Shown here one piece after another: positions 1-9,807 of a DNA stretch of 64,000 bases; the first letter of the stretch is position 1, and every line of letters begins with the position of its first letter. Where the stretch lies: the NCBI GenBank assembly GCA_041666225.1, contig JBAYHJ010000004.1, positions 4,350 to 68,349 on the forward strand, read 5' to 3'. Source of the DNA: Minisyncoccota bacterium. GTDB taxonomy: Bacteria > Patescibacteriota > Minisyncoccia > Phycocordibacterales > UBA9973. The notes beneath the pieces were generated by a model that searched no databases, was not told the DNA's origin, and saw only the letters and a program-made list of their open reading frames with translations. The position numbers and the translations under genes are program-made.

Positions 1-687
1 AGTAAAACCAACAATAGCCTGTAATTGTTCTACCATAATTGTTATAGCTTTTTCAAGAGCTTCTCGTGGAGTTAAAGTTCCATCGGTTTCAATTGTCATG
101 CGTAAACGATTGTGGTTTGTCTTGTCTCCTACGCGCATATTTTCAACCTCATAAGACACTCTTCGAATTGGAGTAAAAATAGCATCCAACGATATAATTC
201 CTACTTCATTTTTAATTTTTTGGTGCATTTCTTTTGGAATAAAACCTAAACCTTTTTCAACCGTCATTTCAATTGAGAGAGTATTTTTCCCTGTCACTTC
301 TGCTATATAAAGGTCACTATTCAAAACTTCAACTTGTCCTGTTTTCTCTATATCTCCTGCTGTAATTTGTTTAGGTCCCTTAACTTGCAATTTAACAGTT
401 TGAGGTTCATCAGTATTTAAACGAAAACGAACTTGTTTTAAATGAAGAAGAATTGTAATAACATCTTCTTTAACTCCATCAATTACAGAAAATTCATGAT
501 CTACTCCATCAATTTTTATAGATGTAATAGCAGCTCCTGTCAAAGAAGACAAGATGATACGACGAAGTGAATTACCCAGAGTATGTCCATACCCAGGATA
601 AAGACCATCTATTTCATAAACACCTTTTGTGTCTACTTCTGAAATGATAGATAGTTTTGATGGTAGTATAATATTTAAATCAGACAT
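1..687 (-). CDS. rpoA: RNA polymerase alpha subunit (runs off the window edge)
   Basis: Manual translation MSDLNIILPSK...GLYPGYGHTLGNSLRRIILSSL...GVDHEFSVIDGVKEDV; follows rpsD. Confidence 0.97.
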   Translation of the reverse strand, partial: MSDLNIILPSKLSIISEVDTKGVYEIDGLYPGYGHTLGNSLRRIILSSLTGAAITSIKIDGVDHEFSVIDGVKEDVITILLHLKQVRFRLNTDEPQTVKLQVKGPKQITAGDIEKTGQVEVLNSDLYIAEVTGKNTLSIEMTVEKGLGFIPKEMHQKIKNEVGIISLDAIFTPIRRVSYEVENMRVGDKTNHNRLRMTIETDGTLTPREALEKAITIMVEQLQAIVGFT

Positions 688-752
688 AGTTATATGATAT
701 TGGAAAGCTATAAGCTCTCGTATTATTTATAAAAATTAACCATACTTTATTC

Positions 753-1361
753 TTAACGACTATAAAACTCTAACACAGTGTTAAGGTCAATATATCCTTC
801 AATATTTTTTGGCTTTCCTTGGATTTTTCCAGAAAGACTTTCTGCATTAAATGTTAACCAGTTTGGGCAAGTATAATCTTTCATTCTGTTAACCATATCA
901 GCAAATAAAACACTCTTTTTACTACCTTCTCGAACTGCAATTACATCTCCAACTTGTACACGTTGTGATGCCACTGTGGTCTTTTTACCATTAACAACAA
1001 TATGACCGTGGGAAACCATTTGGCGAGATAAGCGACGAGAATGAGTTAACCCTAATCGATAAACAACATTATCGAGACGATTTTCTAATAATTCAAAAAG
1101 ATATTCAGTTGCTAGTGATCCCTTATGGTCAACTACTTCTTTAATATAATTTGAAAATTGTTTTTCACTAATACCATACATAAAGCGAACTTTTTGCTTT
1201 TCAATAAATTGAGTAGCGTAACCGGATAAAGGTTTTGGACGTTTACCTTTGGTATTTTTAGCGTGACGAGCTTCAGACATAGCAAATTTAGTTGTTTGAC
1301 ATTTTTCAAACACTCCTGGTCCTAGTCTTCTACATATTTTATACATTTGAACTGTTTTCAT
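753..1361 (-). CDS. rpsD: 30S ribosomal protein S4
   Basis: EKQKVRFMYG, LENRLDNVVYRLG, HGHIVVNG motifs; alpha-operon position. Confidence 0.98.
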   Translation of the reverse strand: MKTVQMYKICRRLGPGVFEKCQTTKFAMSEARHAKNTKGKRPKPLSGYATQFIEKQKVRFMYGISEKQFSNYIKEVVDHKGSLATEYLFELLENRLDNVVYRLGLTHSRRLSRQMVSHGHIVVNGKKTTVASQRVQVGDVIAVREGSKKSVLFADMVNRMKDYTCPNWLTFNAESLSGKIQGKPKNIEGYIDLNTVLEFYSR

Positions 1362-1369
1362 AATATTTT

Positions 1370-1819
1370 TTATACTCTACGAGGCTTTTTAGGTTTTGGT
1401 CCGTTGTGCGGAACTGGTGTAACATCATTGACTCCTGTTATTTCTATATCATAAGCCATGAAAGCACGAATGGTAGGTTCACGACCACTACCTACTCCCT
1501 TAACTTTGACATCTACTTCTTTTATTCCAAGAGCTTTTGCTTTTTCTCCAATAACAGATCCAGCTTTTGAAGCAGCAAATGGTGTACCCTTTTTAGCTCC
1601 TTTAAATCCTAGAGATCCAGCTGAAGTCCAAAACAAAGTATTACCTTCTTTGTCAGATAAAACTACTTTAGTATTATTAAAGGTTGCTTCTACGTGTAAA
1701 GTTCCGGCCACTATCTTTTTTTTTGGTGTTTTACCTCCTTGTTTAGGTGCAACTTCTGCTACTTTTTCAGTAGCTTCAACTTTATCTTCTTCTTTTGTTA
1801 TAATTTTTATCTTTCCCAT
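1370..1819 (-). CDS. rpsK: 30S ribosomal protein S11
   Basis: ATFNNT, GFKGAKKGTPFAA, DVTPVPHNG...PRRV. Confidence 0.98.
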   Translation of the reverse strand: MGKIKIITKEEDKVEATEKVAEVAPKQGGKTPKKKIVAGTLHVEATFNNTKVVLSDKEGNTLFWTSAGSLGFKGAKKGTPFAASKAGSVIGEKAKALGIKEVDVKVKGVGSGREPTIRAFMAYDIEITGVNDVTPVPHNGPKPKKPRRV

Positions 1820-1830
1820 ATGAATATTAA

Positions 1831-2211
1831 TTATGTTTTACTTTCTTTTCGGCGACCAGATGCCATTGTTTTTCTAACGTTACCTCTGACAGTCCTAGAA
1901 TTAGTCTTTGTTCTTTGACCATTAACTGGTAACCTACGCATATGCCTCACTCCTCGATATGCTTTAATATCTTTTAATCTTTTTATATTGGAAGCAATCT
2001 CACGTTTCAGAGTTCCCTCAATAGACATGGTCTCTATTATTTTACGGATTGCATTTTCTTCTTCAGTGGTTAAAGTATCTGCTTTAATATCAGGATTTAT
2101 ATTCACCTCTTTCAATATAGATTTTGCACGTGGGATACCAATACCATAAAGACTAGTAAGTCCTATATATAGATGCTTGTTGTTTGGAATAGTTATACCG
2201 AGAATTCTCAT
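1831..2211 (-). CDS. rpsM: 30S ribosomal protein S13
   Basis: YGIG, YRGVRH..RLPVNGQRTKTNSRT. Confidence 0.98.
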   Translation of the reverse strand: MRILGITIPNNKHLYIGLTSLYGIGIPRAKSILKEVNINPDIKADTLTTEEENAIRKIIETMSIEGTLKREIASNIKRLKDIKAYRGVRHMRRLPVNGQRTKTNSRTVRGNVRKTMASGRRKESKT

Positions 2212-2217
2212 ATAAAA

Positions 2218-2328
2218 TTATTGTTTTTGTTTATGTTTAGGATTATCACAAATGACACGAAGATGACCACTTCGTTTGATTAATTTACATTTTGTACAAA
2301 TTTTTTTTACTGCAGATTTAATTTTCAT
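2218..2328 (-). CDS. rpmJ: 50S ribosomal protein L36 (below ORF-track cutoff)
   Basis: Manual translation [36 protein letters not shown]; Zn-ribbon; between infA and rpsM. Confidence 0.97.
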   Translation of the reverse strand: MKIKSAVKKICTKCKLIKRSGHLRVICDNPKHKQKQ

Positions 2329-2432
2329 TTTTCGTTTAAATGCTAAAGAAAAATATAGGGCTTTTACCCTGTATTTTTACCATATAAGCACATACTATTC
2401 TATAATACACTACTTTAATAAAATAAGCAAGG

Positions 2433-2648
2433 CTAACCTCTTTTTATGATCCTTCCCTTGCCACCATAAGGATCAAGTAGAACCTCTACCTTATCTCCAA
2501 CTAATACTTTGATTCTATGCATTCGCATTTTACCAGCAAGATAGGAGAGGATTATTTTTCCATCCCCAACATCTACTCGAAAAAGTGTATTAGGAAGCGC
2601 TTCCGTAACAATCCCCATCACTGTATTTTTATCATCTTTTTGATTCAT
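2433..2648 (-). CDS. infA: Translation initiation factor IF-1
   Basis: EALPNTLFRV, GKMRMHRIKVLVGDKV, GRII. Confidence 0.97.
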   Translation of the reverse strand: MNQKDDKNTVMGIVTEALPNTLFRVDVGDGKIILSYLAGKMRMHRIKVLVGDKVEVLLDPYGGKGRIIKRG

Positions 2649-2692
2649 TAATGCTTTGTAAATATAACAAATAAATAATTTTTAGTCAACAT

Positions 2693-4054
2693 TTATTGTA
2701 TAACAATATTTATTTTATTTGTATTTCTGGGTAAGTGTTTTTTCCAAGGTGGAAATACGCTCACTATTGCCGATGAAATTCCTGGGTCTTGTCTAAAAAT
2801 TGATAGTACATCAGCCTTATTAATTCCTACTAATTTTGATTTAAGCATTTCTATATCTGGATTCCAGATCGCTTTTATATCTCCTGTAAGAGAAAAAGGT
2901 ATTGATTCTAATTCTTTGGTAATTAACTGCTCCTTATCTGAAAAATTAAAAATTAAATTATTTAAATCTACTATATTTACTTCTTTTAATTCACCTTTAG
3001 ATATATTTGCTAATGAATTTTTTATAATACTATCAATTAAACTTTTCTCGTTTAATAAAACTACAGACAACTCTCCATCTATTTTAACTGTAGCTTCTGG
3101 GGTTTTAGATATTGTGTTCTCATCAATCTTATAAAAATACGACATGGCTAAAGGATATAAAATATAACCAGAAGGAACTTGAGATTTAACTTTATCCAAT
3201 AATTTATTTTTAAAAGAATTTTGAGCTACATTATCAATATTTTCTTTATCTTTATCACCAACTGAATATACTAAACCTTGAGCTCCTCCTATAAGTGGAC
3301 TTTTCAATTTCCCATAAATTTTATTATATTTAGAAGTTCCCTTAAACGCATTCACATGAAAATCTGTTGGTTCTCCATTATATTCTTCTCCCGGAAGAAA
3401 AGATATTAGATTTACCTCTATTTGACCAGGAGTAATTTTCTTGTCTATAATTTTGTAACCTGGAATAATTATCGTCGAATCTGTTTTATAAACTTTTCCC
3501 TCTTCATCAGAGATAAATGAACCTATTGTTATTTTTTGAGATGTAGTACTAAATTCATTGTATAAAATAATACTTCCATGAGCTTTTATTGATACATCTT
3601 TTGGTTCAGTTAATGTTAAATTTTTCAAAAAATTATCTGAAACTATCATTATTTCAAAATCTACTCCATTATTATTTAAAACCTTAGAAGCAGTAAACAA
3701 TTTATGATCATAATTTATGTTTTGTTTTTTAGAAGTGATAGTAACTATAGCCTTGTGAAAATAATTACCACCCCAATAAATTGCTCCCACTAATAATGAA
3801 AAAATCAAAAATGATACCAATGGCCTACTAAAAAGTCTGGATTTTCTAGCCACCTGAGGAGTTCTTGGTAGTTTTGTGGTATGAGAAGTTCTGCTATTTA
3901 TATAGGTTTCAACATCAATTTCTTTTTTTTTGACCTCTTCTCTATATAAATTACTATTAACATTGGAATCAAAATAATGACTCATATTTTCTTGTGGTTT
4001 AATTATTTTTTTATCTTTATTAAGTTTTATATCCTCCAAGATAATTCTAGTCAT
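2693..4054 (-). CDS. Single-TM hypothetical protein with a large extracytoplasmic, possibly baseplate-J-like beta region
   Basis: One TM (~aa 77-96); A.GSIILYNEF and PGEEYN motifs; starts 1 nt after the stop of the FtsA-like gene. Confidence 0.5.
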   Translation of the reverse strand: MTRIILEDIKLNKDKKIIKPQENMSHYFDSNVNSNLYREEVKKKEIDVETYINSRTSHTTKLPRTPQVARKSRLFSRPLVSFLIFSLLVGAIYWGGNYFHKAIVTITSKKQNINYDHKLFTASKVLNNNGVDFEIMIVSDNFLKNLTLTEPKDVSIKAHGSIILYNEFSTTSQKITIGSFISDEEGKVYKTDSTIIIPGYKIIDKKITPGQIEVNLISFLPGEEYNGEPTDFHVNAFKGTSKYNKIYGKLKSPLIGGAQGLVYSVGDKDKENIDNVAQNSFKNKLLDKVKSQVPSGYILYPLAMSYFYKIDENTISKTPEATVKIDGELSVVLLNEKSLIDSIIKNSLANISKGELKEVNIVDLNNLIFNFSDKEQLITKELESIPFSLTGDIKAIWNPDIEMLKSKLVGINKADVLSIFRQDPGISSAIVSVFPPWKKHLPRNTNKINIVIQ

Positions 4055-4055
4055 G

Positions 4056-5234
4056 TTATTTATCCTTTTTTCTCATTATTGAAATAGCCTCTACCATTAA
4101 AAATGGGTCACATTCTCCATTTTTAACATCACACATATTTAAAAATTCAGGTCCATCTAATGTTACAATAATACTTTTATGCACAGAGACTGTAGGTTTT
4201 ATATAATCCTCACTTTGTAAAACATTTACAAACCAACCTTTCATATCATTGTCTGTTGTTAAAAATATTGTATTAGGAAGAATAAGTGTTCTTGGTAACG
4301 TACTTATACATTGTTTAAAAGCTTCACCCCAAGAATTTTCGATTGATTTTAAAAGTGGTTCAATTTTTTTCTTAAATGCATCGGATAAATTATTCTCACT
4401 ATAAAGTTTAAAAAGCTCTTTTGCATCACGTAACTCAATTTCTAATTTGGTACACATATAATCGAAGAAGGTTTTCTTTCCAAAAGGAAAAGAAAGAACC
4501 GACTTTAATATTCCCTTTGTTACTATTCCTACATCGGTTATTTCTCCGCTAATATCGAGCAATAAATATGAATCTTGTGTTAAATATTTATCTCTTATAG
4601 CTAGATATGTAGATAAAGTAAATGTAGAAAAACTAACTTTTGTATGATGAAAAGTTTTCGATAATGTTTCCTTAATCTTATCTAGACACAATTTAGGAGC
4701 AAGAGATATAACCATATCCATTTCCAAAGATTGACACTTTTTACCGACAGGGTCTTCTATCGCATATCCATTCAAAGATACAGACATTGTATTTTTCTCA
4801 ATAATTTCAGGAGCACCTTCTAGAGTCCCGTATTTTGTCTTATACAATTGAGTAAGATTCGTTATTTCTTTTTCAATTAATTCACTAGCTAAATGTTTTG
4901 TAAAAGTAAAAGGTTTTTCTTTGTTTAGTATGATAGATCTAGTCTCTGATAAATACCACGGTGAAGCGAGGACACAGACAATTTCATCTGGGGCTCCAAT
5001 TTTTTTATCATACAAAGAAGTCACTGTTTCTCTCAAAGCAGAAATCATATCTTTTGTAAAAAAATTAAAATCAAAATCTTTGTGAAATTTTACGTCTGTT
5101 CTTACTGATTTTAATATTACTGGTATCTCTTTATTATCCATAGGAACACGAACGATAGCTCCTCCAACACTTCCAGATCCAATATCAAAAATCGCAATAA
5201 AACTTTCTTTTTTTTGTGTAAATAAAAATCCCAT
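4056..5234 (-). CDS. FtsA/PilM-like actin-fold protein (second, divergent paralog)
   Basis: Phosphate-1-like IFDIGSGSVGG and phosphate-2-like LLDISGEITDV, SFPFG. Confidence 0.6.
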   Translation of the reverse strand: MGFLFTQKKESFIAIFDIGSGSVGGAIVRVPMDNKEIPVILKSVRTDVKFHKDFDFNFFTKDMISALRETVTSLYDKKIGAPDEIVCVLASPWYLSETRSIILNKEKPFTFTKHLASELIEKEITNLTQLYKTKYGTLEGAPEIIEKNTMSVSLNGYAIEDPVGKKCQSLEMDMVISLAPKLCLDKIKETLSKTFHHTKVSFSTFTLSTYLAIRDKYLTQDSYLLLDISGEITDVGIVTKGILKSVLSFPFGKKTFFDYMCTKLEIELRDAKELFKLYSENNLSDAFKKKIEPLLKSIENSWGEAFKQCISTLPRTLILPNTIFLTTDNDMKGWFVNVLQSEDYIKPTVSVHKSIIVTLDGPEFLNMCDVKNGECDPFLMVEAISIMRKKDK

Positions 5235-5289
5235 AGTATTCACAGTATACTACAGGATTAATAAAAATGCTCAATATGTTGTGGAAAAA

Positions 5290-7095
5290 TTATTCAAGTG
5301 TTGCTTTTATTCTACGTATTCCAGAGGCAACGGCTTCTTCTTTCTGTATTTTGAAATGACCTAATTCTCCTGTTTTAGATACATGAGGACCGCCACAGAA
5401 TTCTTTTGAAATAGCATTATCATCTTCATCTTCTATAAAATAAACTGATACAATATCTGGATACTTAGCCCCAAATTCCATTTGAGCTCCAATCTTTTCT
5501 GCAACTTCTAGTGGCATTTCTTTTCTAACTACATTTAAATTTCTTTTTATCTTATCATTTACCCAATTTTCAGTTTTTATTTTTTCCTCATCAGTAAGTT
5601 TATGATCACAAATAAAATCTATTCGTAGTCGTTCTTCGGTTATATTACTTCCCCTTTGTTTTATATCATGACCAACAACTTCTTGTAAGGCTGCTAAAAG
5701 TAAATGGTGAGCAGTATGAAGTTTAATAGTTTTTTCACTATGATTTGCCAGTCCACCTTTAAACATACCAGCCGATGAAGTTCTTGACTGATTCTGGTGT
5801 AATTTTAGTTTTTTATTAAAATCTTCTAAATCAATAATCCTACCAATTTCTTTAGCCATTTCAATAGTAAGTTCAATGGGAAAACCATAAGATGTAAATA
5901 AAATAAATGGATCTTGTTCTTTTTTGAATTCTTTCATTCCAAGCTCTAAGGTATGTCTAAATTTTATTTCTTCATTGTTTATTTCTTCAAGTATTTTATT
6001 TGAATTTAATTCAAGATCACTATAAAAAGTTTTATATTTTGAAACTACAACTTCTGCAATTAGTTTTAGGGTATTTTTCTCAAATCCTAATTTATCAGCA
6101 AATCTTACCGCACGTCTAACTAATCTACGTAAAACATATCCCCTGTCTGAATTAGAAGGAATAACTCCATCGTTAATCATAAAAACACTAGCCCTCATAT
6201 GATCAGCGACAATTCTCATTTCTTTTCTTGTTTCAACCCAACAACTTTTCCCCGCCTTTATGTATTCTCCATCCTTTTTTTCTCCATAAGAAAGACCTGA
6301 CAACTCTTCTATTTTTTTTATTATATCCTCAAACAAATCAGTATCATAAGCGGTTTGTTTTTTTTGCATGATGGCTGTCATTCTATCAACCCCTGCCCCC
6401 GTATCAACATTTCTTTGTTTTAATTTACCTATAACTATTCCATCTTTTTTTTCATATTCCATAAAAACATCATTCCAGATTTCTATCAAATCTTCAGTTC
6501 GAACTGCATTCAAAAACTCATCTTTAGATAAATCTCCAACCTTATTATCTGTCATATCATAAAACATCTCACTGCAAGGACCACAAGGACCATTCTCTCC
6601 TGGACTCCACCAATTATCATCAGCTTCTAAAAAGTAAATTCTATTTTCAGGTATTCCTAAACTTTTCCAAACTTCAAAAGATTCTATATCCTTGGGTGCA
6701 TTTTTATCACCTTCAAAACAAGTCACATAAAGTAACTTTGGATTAAGTCCCAACCCTTCTTTTTTCGAAGTCAAAAATTCATAACTCCAAGTTATTGCTT
6801 CTTTTTTAAAATAATCACCCAGTGACCAATTACCCATCATTTCAAAAAATGAAAAATGCCTATTATCTCCAATACTATCTAAATCACCAGTTCTTACGCA
6901 TTTTTGTATATTAGCAATTCTCTTTCCCATGGTGTGTTCTTGTCCCAAAAGATAAGGTACCAATGGTTGCATTCCTGCTGTATTAAAAAGCACAGAGGGA
7001 TCATTGTCTGGTAAAAGTGAGGCAGAATGGATTATTTTATGACCTCTTTTCTCAAAAAATTTTAAAAACCGATTTCTTATTTCGCTTGAGTGCAT
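5290..7095 (-). CDS. alaS: Alanine--tRNA ligase (short form, ~600 aa)
   Basis: LFNTAGMQP, HFSFFEMMGNWSLGDYFK, GPCGPCSE, editing motifs HTAHH and CGGPH; start taken at MHSSEIR. Confidence 0.97.
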   Translation of the reverse strand: MHSSEIRNRFLKFFEKRGHKIIHSASLLPDNDPSVLFNTAGMQPLVPYLLGQEHTMGKRIANIQKCVRTGDLDSIGDNRHFSFFEMMGNWSLGDYFKKEAITWSYEFLTSKKEGLGLNPKLLYVTCFEGDKNAPKDIESFEVWKSLGIPENRIYFLEADDNWWSPGENGPCGPCSEMFYDMTDNKVGDLSKDEFLNAVRTEDLIEIWNDVFMEYEKKDGIVIGKLKQRNVDTGAGVDRMTAIMQKKQTAYDTDLFEDIIKKIEELSGLSYGEKKDGEYIKAGKSCWVETRKEMRIVADHMRASVFMINDGVIPSNSDRGYVLRRLVRRAVRFADKLGFEKNTLKLIAEVVVSKYKTFYSDLELNSNKILEEINNEEIKFRHTLELGMKEFKKEQDPFILFTSYGFPIELTIEMAKEIGRIIDLEDFNKKLKLHQNQSRTSSAGMFKGGLANHSEKTIKLHTAHHLLLAALQEVVGHDIKQRGSNITEERLRIDFICDHKLTDEEKIKTENWVNDKIKRNLNVVRKEMPLEVAEKIGAQMEFGAKYPDIVSVYFIEDEDDNAISKEFCGGPHVSKTGELGHFKIQKEEAVASGIRRIKATLE

Positions 7096-7121
7096 CTTTG
7101 CATAATACAACAAAAAACCAA

Positions 7122-7163
7122 ATTTATAAAGCCCCCCGACCTAGGTCGGGGGGCTTTATAAAT
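7122..7163. repeat. Perfect 42-bp palindrome (core CCGACCTAGGTCGG), probable terminator / REP-like element
   Basis: atttataaagccccccgacct|aggtcggggggctttataaat, 3 nt past the MgtC-family stop. Confidence 0.85.
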
Positions 7164-7166
7164 AAT

Positions 7167-7649
7167 TTAATTATTATCAATAGAAGGATTCTCTTTAAAA
7201 TATTTTGTCTTTTTAAGCTGCTCTTCAACAAACCACATTACTATAAAAATAAATAGAGTTAATATCGTAGCAATTATAGAAATATTATAAAGCCCAAAAC
7301 CAGCAGCCATTCCAATACCTGCTGAAACCCATAAACCGGTAGCTGTTGTAAGTCCCAGCATTTTTGATTCTTTTGAAAAAATAAGACCTGAACCAATAAA
7401 TCCAACACCAACAACAATTTGAGCAGTTATCATTAAAGGATTAAGCCCAGAAAATCCTGCATAGTATTTAACCATCTCATTTGAGATAATCACAAACAAA
7501 GCAGACCCCATAGAGACAAGTGCATAAGTACGCATACCCGCAGTCTTGTGTGCCCATACACGCTCAATACCTATAACCATTCCTAAAATCATCGCTACAA
7601 AAAGACGAATTATAATGTCGACTGTCACCGCATCAAAAATATTATTCAT
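7167..7649 (-). CDS. MgtC/SapB family membrane protein
   Basis: IGIER..AGMRTYALV, QIVVGVGFIGSG, GLTTATGLW. Confidence 0.92.
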   Translation of the reverse strand: MNNIFDAVTVDIIIRLFVAMILGMVIGIERVWAHKTAGMRTYALVSMGSALFVIISNEMVKYYAGFSGLNPLMITAQIVVGVGFIGSGLIFSKESKMLGLTTATGLWVSAGIGMAAGFGLYNISIIATILTLFIFIVMWFVEEQLKKTKYFKENPSIDNN

Positions 7650-7784
7650 ATTACTATTGTATCAAATTATTTATAATTATTAAACTTTTTATAAAACCAG
7701 ATTTTTATTTTAAATTTAATGGTTTTCAATATAATTGGAATAAGATACTTAAATGACTCTAATTTTAATTTAAGTTTTTTCATA

Positions 7785-9566
7785 TTATATAAATTCCGCC
7801 TGATAACATTTTTCACAATAAACTATTTCTTTTCTTTCTGAATTAATTGCTGTTTCAAATTTATTTTGACATTGATCATCTCTATGAATATGTTCTACGA
7901 TATTTTGATATTCTCCATTTTGAGAACTTCTTCCACTACACATACATTTTCGATGATAAAGTTTTGGTGGATTAACCATTTTTAAACGTTGATAATATCT
8001 GCAATTAGGACACAAACGCGGTAAAGCTAATTTCATGGCACGATAAAATTTAAGCTCATCTGGCAAAATACGAAAAGCTGTAATACATTGATCATTACAC
8101 TTTCCCTCATGTTCACAAGAGATAATTTCATCTAAAATAGTTTCCGAAACTTCATTTATATGATTTGGTAAATTCAGTGATTTAATTGTTACTCCTAAAT
8201 CTCTTTCTTCTTGATCACGCCAAAAATATCCTTTTTCTAGTGCTTCTTCTTTAGTTAATGGAAAATATTTATTTGCCCAAGTCTCATTATACGCCCACAT
8301 AGAAAGTTCTGATGGGTAAAATTCTCCATATTTATAAATCCTACCCTTTTTGTCGACATATGGCATATCATTCATATGTTTTTTTATTTTAGGAATTAAT
8401 TCTTCATATTCTTCTTTTGTATATTGCTTATTTAAAATACAATATTTTTTCTGTCGTAATTTAACACAACCAAAGAGATTAGTCCCACCATAAATATTCT
8501 CTGAATACTCAACATCCACAGTATTATTACTTCCACGGGCAAAATAACTACGTTGCGCCTGAGTACTTCCACTAACTTCGTATAAAAGTTCTGATGTATC
8601 GCCACCAAATGTAACATCATAACTATCTTTTAATAATAAACCACAAGTAAATATATTTTTACAATTTTCTATTCCATTACGAGTCACAAAACAGTTCTTG
8701 CAATTTTTAGTATTTTTTAAATCATCACCAATTACATTGTTTGAATTTACAATAAGAGCAAACCGTCTTGGCATTTTGTAATATAGCCCCCAGAATAATT
8801 TTTCAGCTTGCTTTCGTATTTCATAACTACCTAAATCCCATTTTTTTATTTCTCTTTGATATTCTTCTTTGGAATATTTTTTATTAAAAATACAATATTT
8901 TTGATTTCTTAAATTAACACAGCCAAAACAATTGGAACACCCGATACAGTTAAAAAGAAAAGAGCAATCAAGACATTCGTCAGAAAAATATGCAAATTTT
9001 GTATTATAAGATCCATTTGAATTCACTGTCTCATACACATGATCTGTATTCCAAACTACATCAGAATCCATAGAATCACGAGTTAAAATAGCTGCTTGGC
9101 AATAAAAACAATTAATTGATTGAAATCCGCCAAAAACAAAAGTACAATCTTTACAACGAATATTGCCATGCGAATATTTACAATTGACGCAATTCCTAGA
9201 ATTTGTTCCTTGCGAAGGCACAATTTTTTGTAATTCATAAAGTTGCAAGAAAAATGGTTTAGAGAAATCATAATCTTTACCATAATCTATCGCATCCCAA
9301 TCATCACCCCACCAGCACGGAGAACAATAAACAATAAAAGGAGTTTCCGGAGCAAATAAACTCACTATATCTTTACCACATTTGTCACAATTATCTTTAT
9401 ATAAAGATCTTTCTTCTCTATAAGCCAGTCGCCTAATCAACCGACATTCTGGACACCAAGTTGGCGGTGGAACTTTTATTTTTTCGTAAAAAGAAAAATC
9501 ATCTGGCTCGATTATAAATTCGAGTTTGCAATTTTGGCATATTCTACTTTCAAACATATTACTCAT
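7785..9566 (-). CDS. Cys-rich, probably Zn-binding hypothetical protein of a CPR-expanded family
   Basis: CQNCK, PPPTWCPECR, CFGCVNLR..KYCIFNK.YSKEEY, PRLCPNCR, YCEKCYQ. Confidence 0.75.
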   Translation of the reverse strand: MSNMFESRICQNCKLEFIIEPDDFSFYEKIKVPPPTWCPECRLIRRLAYREERSLYKDNCDKCGKDIVSLFAPETPFIVYCSPCWWGDDWDAIDYGKDYDFSKPFFLQLYELQKIVPSQGTNSRNCVNCKYSHGNIRCKDCTFVFGGFQSINCFYCQAAILTRDSMDSDVVWNTDHVYETVNSNGSYNTKFAYFSDECLDCSFLFNCIGCSNCFGCVNLRNQKYCIFNKKYSKEEYQREIKKWDLGSYEIRKQAEKLFWGLYYKMPRRFALIVNSNNVIGDDLKNTKNCKNCFVTRNGIENCKNIFTCGLLLKDSYDVTFGGDTSELLYEVSGSTQAQRSYFARGSNNTVDVEYSENIYGGTNLFGCVKLRQKKYCILNKQYTKEEYEELIPKIKKHMNDMPYVDKKGRIYKYGEFYPSELSMWAYNETWANKYFPLTKEEALEKGYFWRDQEERDLGVTIKSLNLPNHINEVSETILDEIISCEHEGKCNDQCITAFRILPDELKFYRAMKLALPRLCPNCRYYQRLKMVNPPKLYHRKCMCSGRSSQNGEYQNIVEHIHRDDQCQNKFETAINSERKEIVYCEKCYQAEFI

Positions 9567-9659
9567 ATTTTTTTACAATTTCCTGCCCTGTAGGAAGAAA
9601 AATGTGCATTCGACGTTTTGATTTCCTTTGGGGTGGCAATTCCTTGTTTCTGAATTCAT
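9567..9659 (-). pseudogene. 5' stub of a paralog of the Cys-rich gene, interrupted by a 52-bp insertion
   Basis: Removing 9582-9633 restores MNSETRNCQNCKKI*, matching the adjacent gene's MFESRICQNCK. Confidence 0.65.
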
Positions 9660-9807
9660 ACATAAATTATATTCCAATTTGCCCATTTATTCAATATGTT
9701 TTAACATTATGTTTTCAAATTCTGTTTTTTTACGCATATGCATAAATTTATAGAATCTAGCTAGATTGTTATTCTTCTTCTTCAAAATATCTATTACTAG
9801 ATATTTA

